64,000 nucleotides of DNA. Origin: Amoebophrya sp. A120. Taxonomy: Eukaryota > Protista > Dinoflagellata. Of this stretch, positions 44,959 through 56,689 are shown in pieces. Positions within the stretch are counted from its first letter, which is position 1. Every line of letters begins with the position of its first letter. A program made the position numbers and the translations under genes. The stretch lies in NCBI GenBank assembly GCA_905178155.1, contig CAJINV010000003.1, positions 878,517 to 942,516 of the forward strand, written 5' to 3'. The notes under the pieces were generated by a model. It did no database searches, had not been told where the DNA came from, and saw only the letters and a program-made list of their open reading frames with translations.

Positions 44959-47556
44959 ATGATCGACGGGCTTGATCCTGCCCTGGAGCAGGCGATCGCA
45001 CGCGACGTGTGTGCGGAAAGCTCCGCGGCGCCGCTCCTCACCGCGCTTCAGTACCCGCCCGCCCAGATGTGCTTGCGCTTGATTGGCCGTGACGCGCAGG
45101 AACGGAGTGCGTCGAAGCAAAAGTTGCAACTGGACCTGCGGGAAAAGAACCACGCAGAACGAGACTATGCAGCGTGGGAAGCAACCACGACCATGGTTAC
45201 GATCACAAGGAACATAAGAATGAACCGTCATCAAAGGCCTCCAGCGAAAAAAGAAGAAAGCAAAAAGAATAACAGTGGCGGTGCTGTAAATGAAGCCGAA
45301 GATGATGTTGACACAGCGAAGAAGCAACAGTGTCGCAAGGTTCCAGCCTTTGTTGATTCACATGTTTGCCTGGTACAAACAGACCACTCGCCGTTTGCGA
45401 CCACGACAGATCTATCAACGGACGAGGAAGAGGACGATGATATAGACAACTTCTCAGAAGCCCGTGCCGAAGCTGCACGTCTGAAACACGTCATTTACGT
45501 CTCGTCTGCGACCGGCACTGCCTTGATGCGAGGGGCGAATTTGTATTGTCCAGGAGTGTTGGCCATTCGTCCTGTAGTGGCTCCGGCGGTCCGTAGAAAA
45601 AACGGCGACGCCAAAAGTCGCGACGAAATAGTAGCCGACGCTACTGCTAGAAAATGTACTAGGTCTGACACGACCTACGAAACGCCAAAAAAGCTTCATC
45701 ACAGTAACGAGAACGACAAGGAGAGCAGCATGAGGCACGGGCACGAAACTACTGTCAAGAAGGAGAAGGACCATATCCAAGAGAGGCGAGAGCAACGAGC
45801 ATTGAAGCTGGGCCAGCGCGTGGAAATACGCATAGCGCCGCCGGAGGCTGAGACTCACATAACCCGTGGCCAGGACGCCGAGGAAAAGTGGGATCACGGC
45901 GGGAAGCCGAACAAAATTGCGGAGGGCACACTGCAGGTCCGGTCCCGCGCCGACCTGTTTGCAATGGCTGGAGTCGCTGTGCATATCGATAAGCTGTTCC
46001 CTTTGGTAGAGCAAAAACAAAAACTCGCAACAGATTCTAGTACTTCCTGTGTTAAAGAGCAAAAGCAGGCCACTGTGCGACTACCTGGCCGAGAACCTAT
46101 TATACGTAGTGCGCAGCATGTCATCTACCCCCTGCCGTCAGTCAACGCGTTGCTCCCTGGGCGGATTTATTCGCAGCAGCTCCCTTCCGTGATTGCTGCC
46201 TTGGCTCTCGGACAAGACGACGCAACAGGCCTCCGCATCCTCGACATGTGTGCCGCACCCGGAGGGAAGACGTTGGCGGTGGCGGATGCTTTTCCCAACA
46301 GTGAAATCGTCGCGCTAGACCGGAGCTACTCTAAAGTCAGGAAGATTGAAGCCGCTGTTGCCGAGCGTGAGAAAGTGCTGGAAAAATACGCTGCGTGGAA
46401 CGAGAAGAAATACTCCGGCTCGATTACCTGCTACCGCGCAAACTCGACCAACCTCGTGGTCGATCTTCTGGAAGATTTGGACGCGAAAACTACGTCGAAG
46501 GTGCTGCAAAGTGAAAATGCAAATGTTGACCACGCTGAAGAAGAAGAAACTAAAACCTCCAAACCCGCCACCAGTAAGCCGTTTTACCACAAGGCCGTCA
46601 AGTTGACGAGCGCCCACTGGGAAGCGTTTTACAGGGTTCTATTCAGTGACGAGGCGCGACTGTTTTCTTCCAAGAACAAAGGGGAGAAAAAGCTTTTCAA
46701 GGCTGTAAAGCAGCAGTTCTTGAAGACGAGTTGTAAAACGACCGGCGAAATCGTAGGAGCTGCTGAAATTGTAGAAGTTGAGGAGACTTCGAACTGCAAG
46801 AAATGCACACGCGAGCACGTGGACGCGTTGCAGAGATTGCACAACAACCCCGACCTGTTGAATGGTGTTGAGGAAGCGCAAGAATTGCGCGAGACCATGG
46901 CGAAGGCCCGGAAGAAAGTTCTTGCACCACGCGAACAAGGGGGCGAACCACGAGATCAACAATCTCAACCTGGATTGAATGATAGAGAAAGTACTCAAAC
47001 GAAGCGCCCCTCGACGACCTCCACCACCGCGACTAGTACACCAGCAAAACCCCTGCTGGGCCGGCCTCCCTGGGTTCCGGGATCTTTTGACAAGGTGTTG
47101 TGCGACGCGCCGTGCTCCGCCATGGGACAAAAGCCGTTGCTGCACTACAGTGTCACTTACGAGGAGGTCAAGCAGACCGCGGTGTACCAGCGACAGTTTC
47201 TGCGGCAAGCCTTTCAGCTCTGCAAACCAGGCGGCGAAATCGTCTACTCCACCTGCACCATCCCGGTCGAGGAAAACGAGGGCAATGTGGACTGGTTCCT
47301 GCGGGCCTTTCCAGACCAATTAGAGCTGCTGGATCTCCGAAAACAATTCGATCACGACGAAGACATACTTTATGGCAGGATAAAGCGTGATGATGATGAT
47401 GTTGAGCTGCTTGGGACTAGTACACCAGCTTCAGCTTCTGAAAGGCAGGACGAGGAGCCCATTGTGGCTTCGTTTGATGAAAAATTCGTGTTTCGATTCG
47501 ACCCGCAGCATTGGGATCTCGGCTTTTTTGTCGCGAAATTTCGCAAGAAAGCATAA
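44959..47556 (+). CDS. NSUN6: NOL1/NOP2/Sun family RNA cytosine-C5 methyltransferase, NSUN6-like (PUA domain)
   Basis: PUA-like ALMRGANLYCPGV; QQLPS; motif I ILDMCAAPGGKT; motif IV FDKVLCDAPCSAMG; motif VI IVYSTCT..ENE; C-terminal GFFVAKFRK. ATG 44959 chosen over the upstream TTG. Confidence 0.88.
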   Translation: MIDGLDPALEQAIARDVCAESSAAPLLTALQYPPAQMCLRLIGRDAQERSASKQKLQLDLREKNHAERDYAAWEATTTMVTITRNIRMNRHQRPPAKKEESKKNNSGGAVNEAEDDVDTAKKQQCRKVPAFVDSHVCLVQTDHSPFATTTDLSTDEEEDDDIDNFSEARAEAARLKHVIYVSSATGTALMRGANLYCPGVLAIRPVVAPAVRRKNGDAKSRDEIVADATARKCTRSDTTYETPKKLHHSNENDKESSMRHGHETTVKKEKDHIQERREQRALKLGQRVEIRIAPPEAETHITRGQDAEEKWDHGGKPNKIAEGTLQVRSRADLFAMAGVAVHIDKLFPLVEQKQKLATDSSTSCVKEQKQATVRLPGREPIIRSAQHVIYPLPSVNALLPGRIYSQQLPSVIAALALGQDDATGLRILDMCAAPGGKTLAVADAFPNSEIVALDRSYSKVRKIEAAVAEREKVLEKYAAWNEKKYSGSITCYRANSTNLVVDLLEDLDAKTTSKVLQSENANVDHAEEEETKTSKPATSKPFYHKAVKLTSAHWEAFYRVLFSDEARLFSSKNKGEKKLFKAVKQQFLKTSCKTTGEIVGAAEIVEVEETSNCKKCTREHVDALQRLHNNPDLLNGVEEAQELRETMAKARKKVLAPREQGGEPRDQQSQPGLNDRESTQTKRPSTTSTTATSTPAKPLLGRPPWVPGSFDKVLCDAPCSAMGQKPLLHYSVTYEEVKQTAVYQRQFLRQAFQLCKPGGEIVYSTCTIPVEENEGNVDWFLRAFPDQLELLDLRKQFDHDEDILYGRIKRDDDDVELLGTSTPASASERQDEEPIVASFDEKFVFRFDPQHWDLGFFVAKFRKKA

Positions 47557-47703
47557 ACAAACGCGTCGCAACGTGGCCACGACCTCGTTTCCATTATTGA
47601 ATGAAATCGAATAAAACGACAATATTTATAGATGCAGCGCAAGCTGCGTTGGCTCTGAGACAGGTGAACATCCTTCCGCCGACTATAGTTTCTTTTTCAC
47701 TGC

Positions 47704-47767
47704 TGGGCCTTTCAACGTGTTCGACATTGGGCCTTTCAACGTGAAAGATCTTCTCCGAAGATCTTTC
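47704..47767. repeat. 16-bp direct repeat pair plus 11-bp perfect hairpin
   Basis: TGGGCCTTTCAACGTG at 47704 and 47728; GAAAGATCTTC-TCC-GAAGATCTTTC at 47743-47767. Confidence 0.85.
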
Positions 47768-47769
47768 TA

Positions 47770-49365
47770 TGCTAGTACGCGTAGCGATTGGATCAGTTTG
47801 TCCAATAGATCACTCAAGAGATCTGCGCGCTCATGATTGGCGCAGTCAGCCACGACCGGCGCGCGTCTGCGCGGAGGGCCTTGGGGCTTTGTTTCGGGGG
47901 CGAGAGCCCGCGGCGCAGCGTGCGCCGCCCCTTCTCCCCGAGGTAGCGCCCGGGCTAGCGAAAATCCCTTGGGGCGCCCCGATGAGAAAGCGGGCGCCTA
48001 GCTGCCCGCAGCTCCTGTGGCCCTCGCCTAGCCGGGGCGGCGCGGTGGGGGCAAGCGCTAGCCCAATCACCTACAGCGGTCGCGCAGTCTGGGCGATGTC
48101 GAGCCCGCCGACTCGGAGGGGGCCGTCGCCGACCGAGGGCGGTGGCAGTGCGTGTCTCCGCCTGAGTATAGCTCCGCGTTGATACCGAAGCGGGGCATCC
48201 TCTCCGCGAAATTCCCCGCCCGGGCCCAATTGGCCGGCAGGAGGCTGCCGCGTACGCGTGGCAGCAGCATTTGGCGGGAAATGTGTGGCGCCCCCCTGCT
48301 TACCCCCCGCCCCGACTCTCGACGTGTTAACCAAGCAGGGGCATGCGTTGCGCGGCTTATGGGGCGGCGCCGCGCGCGCGAGTCTTTTCTTTGTGGCCGG
48401 GCCGAAAACGCCACGCACCGTGGCGGCAGGGCCGGCGGCCGCAAGGACGGAGCGCCCGCCCGCCCCCCTGCCCCCGTCCGGGGCCCGGCCCCGCGGCGCC
48501 AAAGGGCGGGCCTTCCTAGCGATGGGTCTGCATGTTCCGGGCCGGCGAGATGGCCTGCCTTTATATATTGCGTAGGTAAGCTGTTGCGCCGCCATTTGGT
48601 TCAGGAGGTCGGCGACCGATCGCGGTCGCGACGCCCGCGGCGGCTACTTTTTTTGCATGCCGAGCCCCTTGTGGCCCCCCCTTGGCGGGCGGGGCTCTTC
48701 CGTGATGAAAGGCGGCCCAATGTCGCCCGCCTTTGTTGCGTCCGAGCTCCGGGAGGTCGTTCGGCGTTGTCCCAACTTTGGCACGGTTTACGTCGACGGG
48801 GGCTGTACCTGCCCGCGGCGCCTCGTGTGTGATCCGGCTGGAGAGGAAGGGATAAAGCAAAAACGGAAGGACGCGCGCAAAGATGGGGCGCCGTCGCAAA
48901 TGGCGGCGGGCGCAGGGGGGAAGGTTCGGCGGCTGCCTCGGTGGCCGGCGGCCGCGTGCTTGGGCGGGGGCGGGGCCGTGCGATGGAAGCCGGCTGGCAG
49001 CGTGGCCGCGCCCGCGCGGCCTTGGGCGGTGCCGTCGGCCCGGGCAGCCAACAGGATGGGGGCTTGCAGTAGCAGTGGCCCCCGGCGCATCAGCCCGGGG
49101 AGGGAAACAACAGCACAGGCTGCGCGTAGCGACCGGCCCATGGATGTCACGCGCGCCGGCCCCCGATCAATATATGCGGGAATGGATGCGCCGGGCCCCA
49201 GCGGCTCGTCGCCCGCGAGCCACCCCGCCGCGCGGAGGCGGTAGTGGCTCCTCGTCTTCGAGCAGCTTCTCCTCTCAGCAGAGCCGTGGGGTTACCGCGC
49301 GTGGGAGGCGCCGGCCGCGTCGTGGGCGCAACAGCCACCCACGATTCTCGGGGTCGCCAGGGTAG
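47770..49365. other. GC-rich apparently non-coding island of unknown origin
   Basis: Abrupt rise in GC content relative to AT-rich flanks; only A/G/P/R-rich shadow ORFs; no TIR or TSD found by eye. Confidence 0.55.
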
Positions 49366-50159
49366 ACAGCACTAGCAGGATCAGACAGCAGCAGAGCAAC
49401 CAACTCGTCCTCAAGCGATCTTCGAGGTCAGAAGTGAGTATCTTTCTCATTGGTGGGCCTTTGTTTCCACGTGCTTGAACGAAGACGCGAGTATGTTGCG
49501 CATGGCATTCGTCGAAAGACAAACTGTTCGAATATTTCCATCCTGATCCACCCACTGACTAGAAATAAAAGGAGTACTTAATCATGTTCCCGCGCGTTGA
49601 CGAGTTCAGGTTCACGAAATTTATTTTTGACGCACACTCGGACCTGTTCTCGTTCATAACATAGCATGAGCAACGCCACCGGGGGATGAACTACCAAGTA
49701 CAAGCTCACACTCTAGCAATATGCTCATGAATTTGCTGAATTTTATCGTGTGCGTTTCAATTGAATCGATAATTTTCTGAATGTATACGTCAATTACTTC
49801 AAACATCCGATCTGTTCTCACTCTCACGAATTTTTACCAACACCGCTTTGCTTTTGTTCCACAGCGACATGCTTTTGTGCTTTTGTTCCGCAGCGACATA
49901 TATATTAAACGTTCTTTTTTTTTCACATATATATAACTAGCGTCATTGCTCCTTGTTTGTTGTGTGAATTAGATTATGTGTGTGCCAAGGAGCTATATTG
50001 TGTGTAAGAACTAAGCACAAAGCAACAGCAAAACAATGAGACTGGAGGACAAAAAACGTATACATAGGTATTATAGTCTCGATAGTGAAGGTTTTTTAAA
50101 TCTAGCACTAGGCAGAAGAAACTAAAGCCCGCCAGCACTAAGTACGAAGCGGCCATAGC

Positions 50160-53100
50160 ATGGGTATACCGCAGTACCTCTCCTGGCTGCAGCGGGCGTT
50201 TCCGAATGCCTTTCAGCAGCACCCGCCCAGGAAGCAAAACCTCCCGGTGGAGCACGTCTACATTGATCTGAATTGTTACTTCCACAATGTGGTGAAGCGG
50301 GCCAACAGTCCGGAGCAGCTAGTCGGGCTGATCCAACGCGAGATCGACGGGTTACTAAACAACTTCGCGCCCCAGTATCTGAAGAGCGTTTTCCTTGCCG
50401 TAGATGGACCGGCGTCCCAGGCAAAAATGCTTACCCAGCGAATTCGCAGGAGGTTTCATTTTCTGCAACGAGACGATTTTTAAAGTAGACCGAAGACCTG
50501 ACCTCCTGTACAACTTCGCGTAGTAGATTCCTGGCTGCACTTTGCGTTTTAGTTTTTTATTGTCCGTGATAACAAATGGATGCGTTGGCCTTTTTTTGTT
50601 GTTTCGACGTTCGCGTGATGAGCACAGAGTCTTTCTAACCCATGTCTGCTGACCACAGTAATGGAGAAAAAAACTTGTCTGCGTGTGTCCTGACCTGTTC
50701 CAGTTGTGTACCCTCACCCGTAACGATTACTCAAAATACCGGCGAACGAAGCAAGTTCTAGTCCTCGGAAGTTGCAGCTCAACAATCTGTTGATGATCTC
50801 GACCTCGTGCTGCAACCCTTCTTGCATATCACATCATCCTCGCGCACGTGCTGTTTCTGCTGCTGCTGCAACAAATAAAGATACCCAACGACCAAATACA
50901 CAGGAAAAAGCAGAGCAGCTCATTGTCCATCGGCTTGAGTCCCGGAACGACTTTGATGAGATTGTTATGTGATCGCCTACCAGCATACTGCGAAAACGTT
51001 GCGAAAAAGCGGAAAATCGATGTCGTATTCAGCGACGGGTAATGGATTTATGTTTGATATTGATAGATTATTTTTGCATTTCTGTTTTTCATTCTGTGCA
51101 ATGAAGAGGCTCTTATTCTTATTATATCTTTCCGCGTTTTAAGCCCGAACTGAACATACGCAATTCTTTTCTTCATCGAAAATAAAAAAGGTTTGTGCCG
51201 GGTGAGGGGGAGCACAAAATTATCGAGGCGATTATGCGAAACGACATTCCCACCCGGTCGGGTCACGCCAAGCACTGCGTCGTTGGCTCCGACTCTGACC
51301 TGTTTCTCATCATGCTAGGTACAACATCTCTTGATATTTTTACAGCTACAATGTTTGCATACGAATCGCCCCCACGACAAGATCTACATGACTGAAACGG
51401 CACTCCCCGTCCTCCCCCCGACAAGACTACATTATTTTTACAAAAAACACTATCATCACCGAAGAGCATTCGCGTTTTTCTTCTATTTTGAATCCATCAC
51501 ACTACAGGGGCTGACGCAAATTGTGTGTACGTGTGGGACGGCGATTGTAGACCGGGGCTCGTGTGGACCAGAAACACGATGCTGAAGGGTATTTTAAGCG
51601 CCTTCCCGCCCAAGGCCCTCCAGTCCAATTCCGATGCCGAAATGGCCATCCGCACGGATTTCTCCCTCCTTTCCCTGCTCAAGGGGGACGACTACCTGCC
51701 GCCTTTGATCAGCTTTGAAACCGCCTTCCGGACGTACGACAAGATCGTGAAACAGGCCTGCCAGACGCAGCCGGTTGCCCAGTGGGCCATCGTGGCCAAG
51801 CGCAACGTCGCCATTCGCGATCTGCAAAGCGACGACCAGGACGACTTTAACTTCATGCGGGACTACGGCGACGCTGCCGACTTGGTGGTCGCCCAGCACT
51901 CGTTCCGCCCCACTTTGACGCTCGCGCGGTGCGTCGCCGACGAGAAAATGATGCCCGAGTCGCAATTTCGTTCGGTCTACGGGAAGCCCGCTAAATTTCC
52001 CGAGAACGAAGTGACGGCACTGAAAAACTACTACCGGGGTATTCTGTGGGTGTTGGACATCTACCGAAACGGCCGCGCCCTCGACTACCATTTTGTCTAC
52101 AAACTGGGCAACGCCAAACTGGACGGCCGGTGGGCGGCCATGTGGATGGTGCACCACCAAAACACGGAATTCACCCAGTTGCGCGGACCCGTCAACAAAA
52201 ACGACCCCGCAACCGGCGGCGCCATTTGCCCGACCACAGCGACCCTGTGCCTCATCCCGGTCTCGAGCCTCAAGGGCGTTTTTACAAAGGAAAACTTCAA
52301 CGTGATCGAGGATTTAGTGCAACCCGACAGCGAATTTCTCGGGCCGGTGGTCAGCTTCGAGGACGACTCGCAGTTGGACAGACTGAAGAAAACACTGGTC
52401 GCAGCGCAGAAGGCCTTCGACGCGAGGACGCAACAATTGAAGGTTTGATGTAGTTGTCTTTGGTACTATTTGTTGGATCGGAACGCAGACTAGTATCGTG
52501 ACTGTGTTTCTTTCCCTACTTACTTAGTTATTTCCTGCTTTATCTACAAAAATAGTACAACAAGCCTCAAGCCTGTGTAGCGAAAGCGTCGACTAGCGTG
52601 CTCTACTGCTAACGAGCCAATTGTGCTGTCGTCTCTTGCATCTTCTGTAACAGGATTGTTGAGTAAATATTTCCCCCACTAGCACTACTAGCTTTGTACA
52701 CGTCTACATCAGGAGCAAAACGTGGAGAAGAAGCACGACAGCGAGTGGAATAAGCTGAAGCAGGCCCTGGTAACCGCCCAAGGGGCGTACGCGGCCCGGC
52801 GTACGGACTTTGTCACCGCGGACATTGACGACGTGGACGTCTCCCTGTTGGACCAAGAGGTGCGGAGTCGCTTTGTGCGGGGGGAGAACAGCGAGGACCG
52901 CGCGTGGCTGTCCGTGTACCAGCAGGGTACGGGTGCGCGTTCCGAAATTCGCAGTCGGGACGGCGTCCCCGAACTGGTTGTCGATTACGATGCGGAGGAG
53001 GAGCAAGACGAGCCGATGGTCAACGTGGACTTGCTCGACAGCGTCATTAACCTCACCGCGACATCAGGACCGCCGCCGGGTGCGGCGAAGCTCAAACCGT

Positions 53101-54179
53101 TCCCGGGTAGAATGAACCCGCTGCGACCCCTTCCGGGCAAAGCCTCCGACATTCTCTCCTCGTCGCCGTCGGAAGTTGTAGACGGTCCCGTGGAGCCCAG
53201 TCAGAAGCGGGCTAAGACCACAGCTTCTGGGGGAGGTTCATCTTCCGCGGCCCCGGCGGTTTCATCTGCAAACAACCCGTTTGCCGCTGGGTGGAGCAGC
53301 TCGAAAGGGAATGATAACCCGTTCGACCACCATGTTAACGACCACGACAACGAGGAGGAAAGCTATCACGACGACCACGACGACGACATGCAGGAACACG
53401 TTCTCGAGACGGTCGGCAAAGACGTTCCGGAGGACGAGGCCGCGCGCATTCGGGAGCGAAATCGCTTGCGCAACTTGAAAAACAAAGAAAAGAAGAAACG
53501 CAAAAATGCCGAAAAGCGCGCTCTAGTAGAAGGTGGCGCAGGAGACGTCAGTGTAACTTCCAACCTTGTAGCTCCCTCTGCTGCGCCTAGTACGAGGCGG
53601 CTACAGGTTCCGGGGACCACGACGGGACGAGCGCAGGAGTACCAAGTGTCGGAACCGCCACAGCACCAGAGGAACAACCCGTTTGCATCTTCGGACAACC
53701 CCTTCAGGAGGTCGGTGCCGCGAAATGACGACGCAGATGACGAGCGCGGACCCCCGATCAGGCCGCCAGGAGGGGGAAGTAGTACGCTCAAGAGGGGAGC
53801 GGCCGCAATACAACCGGGAGGAAGTGACTATCAAGACGCCAAAAAAACACGGCTGCAACCACTTCCGGGGCGGGGCGGCCCGCAAGGTGGCGGACCGCAG
53901 CATCAAACCGGTGGGCCAAGTGCGCTAAAGGTTCCACAGGTGAACTACCACCGAGGGGGCGGCTTCGCCCCGAGCCAGCGGACCGAGTCAAGAACAGGTC
54001 CTCCGTCCAGATTGCAGGTTCCCGACCACGCGTCGGGTGGCAACAAAGGCAGCTTGTTCAGTCAACGTGGCCCCCCGCGGCCAAACGGCAAAGACAATCA
54101 GCCTCCATCGAAGAGAGGCCTGACGCCGTTACCCACATCTGGTGGCAGACCGCAGGCACCGAGCAACCCGTTCGGTTAA
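50160..54179 (+). CDS. XRN-family 5'-3' exoribonuclease (XRN_N domain) with low-complexity C-terminus
   Basis: MGIPQYLSWL, VYIDLNCYFH, AVDGPASQAKMLTQRIRR, LSPGT, SDGFVPGEGEHKI, HCVVGSDSDL, GDDYLP; GT-AG introns 50453-50903, 51039-51190, 51319-51507, 52443-52712. Confidence 0.9.
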
Positions 54180-54864
54180 GCACACAGCCGTTCTCGGAAG
54201 AACAACAGATACTTTCTTGATGTTGTATCGTGCCCATGCCGAGCATTACAGTTTCACTTGTGTGTGGCTTCCGCACAAAATTTTTGAAGTTATCCACAGT
54301 TTACCGTTAGTTTGTATCAGCCGTGTATCTCGTGACAGTGTCAACAGTCGAGCGAAGCAGGGACTACTTAGTTCCACAACTAGCGAAGTGAAGAACATGG
54401 GTCTTCACGAAGCTTTGATGTTCGCTGATCTTCTTCATTTTTTGCGAGAGTGAGAAGTTGAGCTGCAGGAGAGGGCCGTGAGTACTTACCGCGAGCGGAG
54501 TGAAAGACGATTGGTCGAATGCTCAAACGACGTGATAGACTGAAGACCACGCAAATGTGACGGAGTCGAGTGTAACAAGTGAGCGTGTTGTTTGCAAAAT
54601 GATGTTTCCTTTATTTACCCACCTGGTCAGTTCGCAGATCGTATTAAAAGTTTAAGTTTTTATTTTTCAAAAGTTATCGGAGAGTTGAGTTGGAGACGTC
54701 CTACCTCTCAGTTGCACACAGAAATATGAATATCGGATACAGGATGTTGATGTTGTGCTTTCTGGTCTGAAGCAAGCCAAGGGCACGTGACGTCCCTCTT
54801 TGCATTCGCTCTTTGATTCTAATTGACTTCTGACAGATTCCTCATTCTCTCAAGTCACAGCAAG

Positions 54865-56233
54865 ATGTTGGGCACGGTGCGCAGCGGAAACAAAGAAATC
54901 AGTGCGAAGGAAAAGAAGGAGATCGAGCGCCTACGCACCATTGCCAAAGGGACAAGTGAAGACAGCAAACGGAAATATGGGCTGTCGGACGAGGATATCA
55001 TGGTGCTCTGTAAGTACAAACAGGGAGCGCTGTTGGATCTGGGAGATCTCGAGATGCTTCTCCCGCTCGTCTTCTCAATAAAGCAGCAGATTCAAAGGTA
55101 TTTGTTCGTATTTTATGACTATGCTCCGTTCGTATACTTATACTTCCGCCTCTCGATATTTTTGTCTGCCTTTCCGTTTTGGCGTTGAAATTTGAATTTC
55201 AGCATGAGCATAAAGAAATTTCAGTACAATTCAAGCGAACAGTAGCATTCTTTTCTTCTTCAGAAGATTCTTCCAAGTCCAACCAAGCAACTTTCAGGTA
55301 CCCACAGTATCACTACAAGAAGATCGGGCTGGAGATTTCGAGTGATTGGGAAGCCACGCGGTCACGAATAGCCATCGACGAGGGGGTTTACAAAATGTAC
55401 ATCGCGATTCCGGTCCACGCACGAGCAGAATACTCAAGATGGACAATACGAAACTCCCCCTTCATGTACACCGGATTCATAGAGGTAAAATGCACGTGGA
55501 CGTGGTCACGAAAAAAGCATTCTACAGTCTAAGTCGTTCTGGATTCAAACATTTCTTTGGAAATAATTGCGAGGTCACCACGTTAATATGTAATGACATT
55601 GCCTTGTGTAGTTTTTGTGCGTCGTCGGGACGCGAGATGACGGTGACGCTAGACATGGACGCCTGGAAGACGAAGATGATCATGATGTCCATTGAAACGA
55701 AAATTCATTTTGTTTTTCCGATCACAACTACTTACTAAACTCTAAAAATACAGGTATACGAGGGGTACGGAATAGACATAGAGCTTCCGACTAAGGTCGA
55801 CTTCATCATTTACGAGCCGACAGACGAAGCGAAGAAGCGGAGACAGCTGAGCGCAGAAGATAATTTTTGCCTCAAGCTGATCAAGGAAAAGCACTTAGTT
55901 GACCCTGACGCCTGGAACCGGGTGCTATTCATCTAGAGAAACAAGTATAGATAGTTGTAGCTTCGTCGAATAATATAAACACTTCGACTATAATTGGTGC
56001 GGCCAACTGTAAGATTCGAACGAATTCGATTTCGTCTCGCCACCAGGAACGAGACGCAAGGCAGGTATGCGAAGATGATCCTCTCCACCCTGTACGATGG
56101 AACGCGAACTGCAGGACGACACCTCGCAATTTTGTTGTCGTGCGCTTCATCAAACAGAGAAACGAGGAGGCGTGGCTGGGCCGTGCTGTGCTATGAAAAA
56201 ATTGAAGTGAGTGTTGAACTTGAACGTCTATGA
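54865..56233 (+). CDS. Probable multi-exon hypothetical protein; structure partly unresolved
   Basis: Coding-like segments 54865-55097 and 55298-~55530 linked by a plausible GT-AG intron, with further coding-like pieces to ~56200; no recognisable domain. Confidence 0.4.
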
Positions 56234-56689
56234 ATGAAGAAAAATGATGAACCCAGGACGAGCGAGTAGTTGTTCAGCGCGAATCATGATTCGACCTACT
56301 TTACCTTGGAGGTGCTATTGCTGGTCTCTGGAAAAGGTCAGTAATTTCCCGGAGAGATGAAAACAAGGAGCAGATGCTTGAAGCTTACAAGATAGAAGTT
56401 CACCTGAGGAAAATTTCTGTCGATGGGTTTGAGATTCCTCTACTCACGACGAACTTTCGAAATCGAAGCTATTTCCACCCAGCGATCCTTCTTGTCGAGC
56501 CAGAACGTGAGTGTTTCCCGTGTGACGTAGTGAACATAGACATAGGTGGCCTACATCTCTACTTTCTGGCCCCGATAGCCATAAAACCAAGTCAGTAGGT
56601 CTTAAGTACTTTCATCTTTTCTTTTGCTGTCCTTCTTCTTCCCGTAGTGCAAGAAGTGCTACTCCCTGTAAAATCGAAAAGCGTCCAGC

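Noticed and set aside
47743-47776. Helitron 3' end (hairpin plus CTAG|T)
   Set aside because: The hairpin is only 4 nt from CTAG and is not GC-rich, and no matching 5' end or element body lies upstream.
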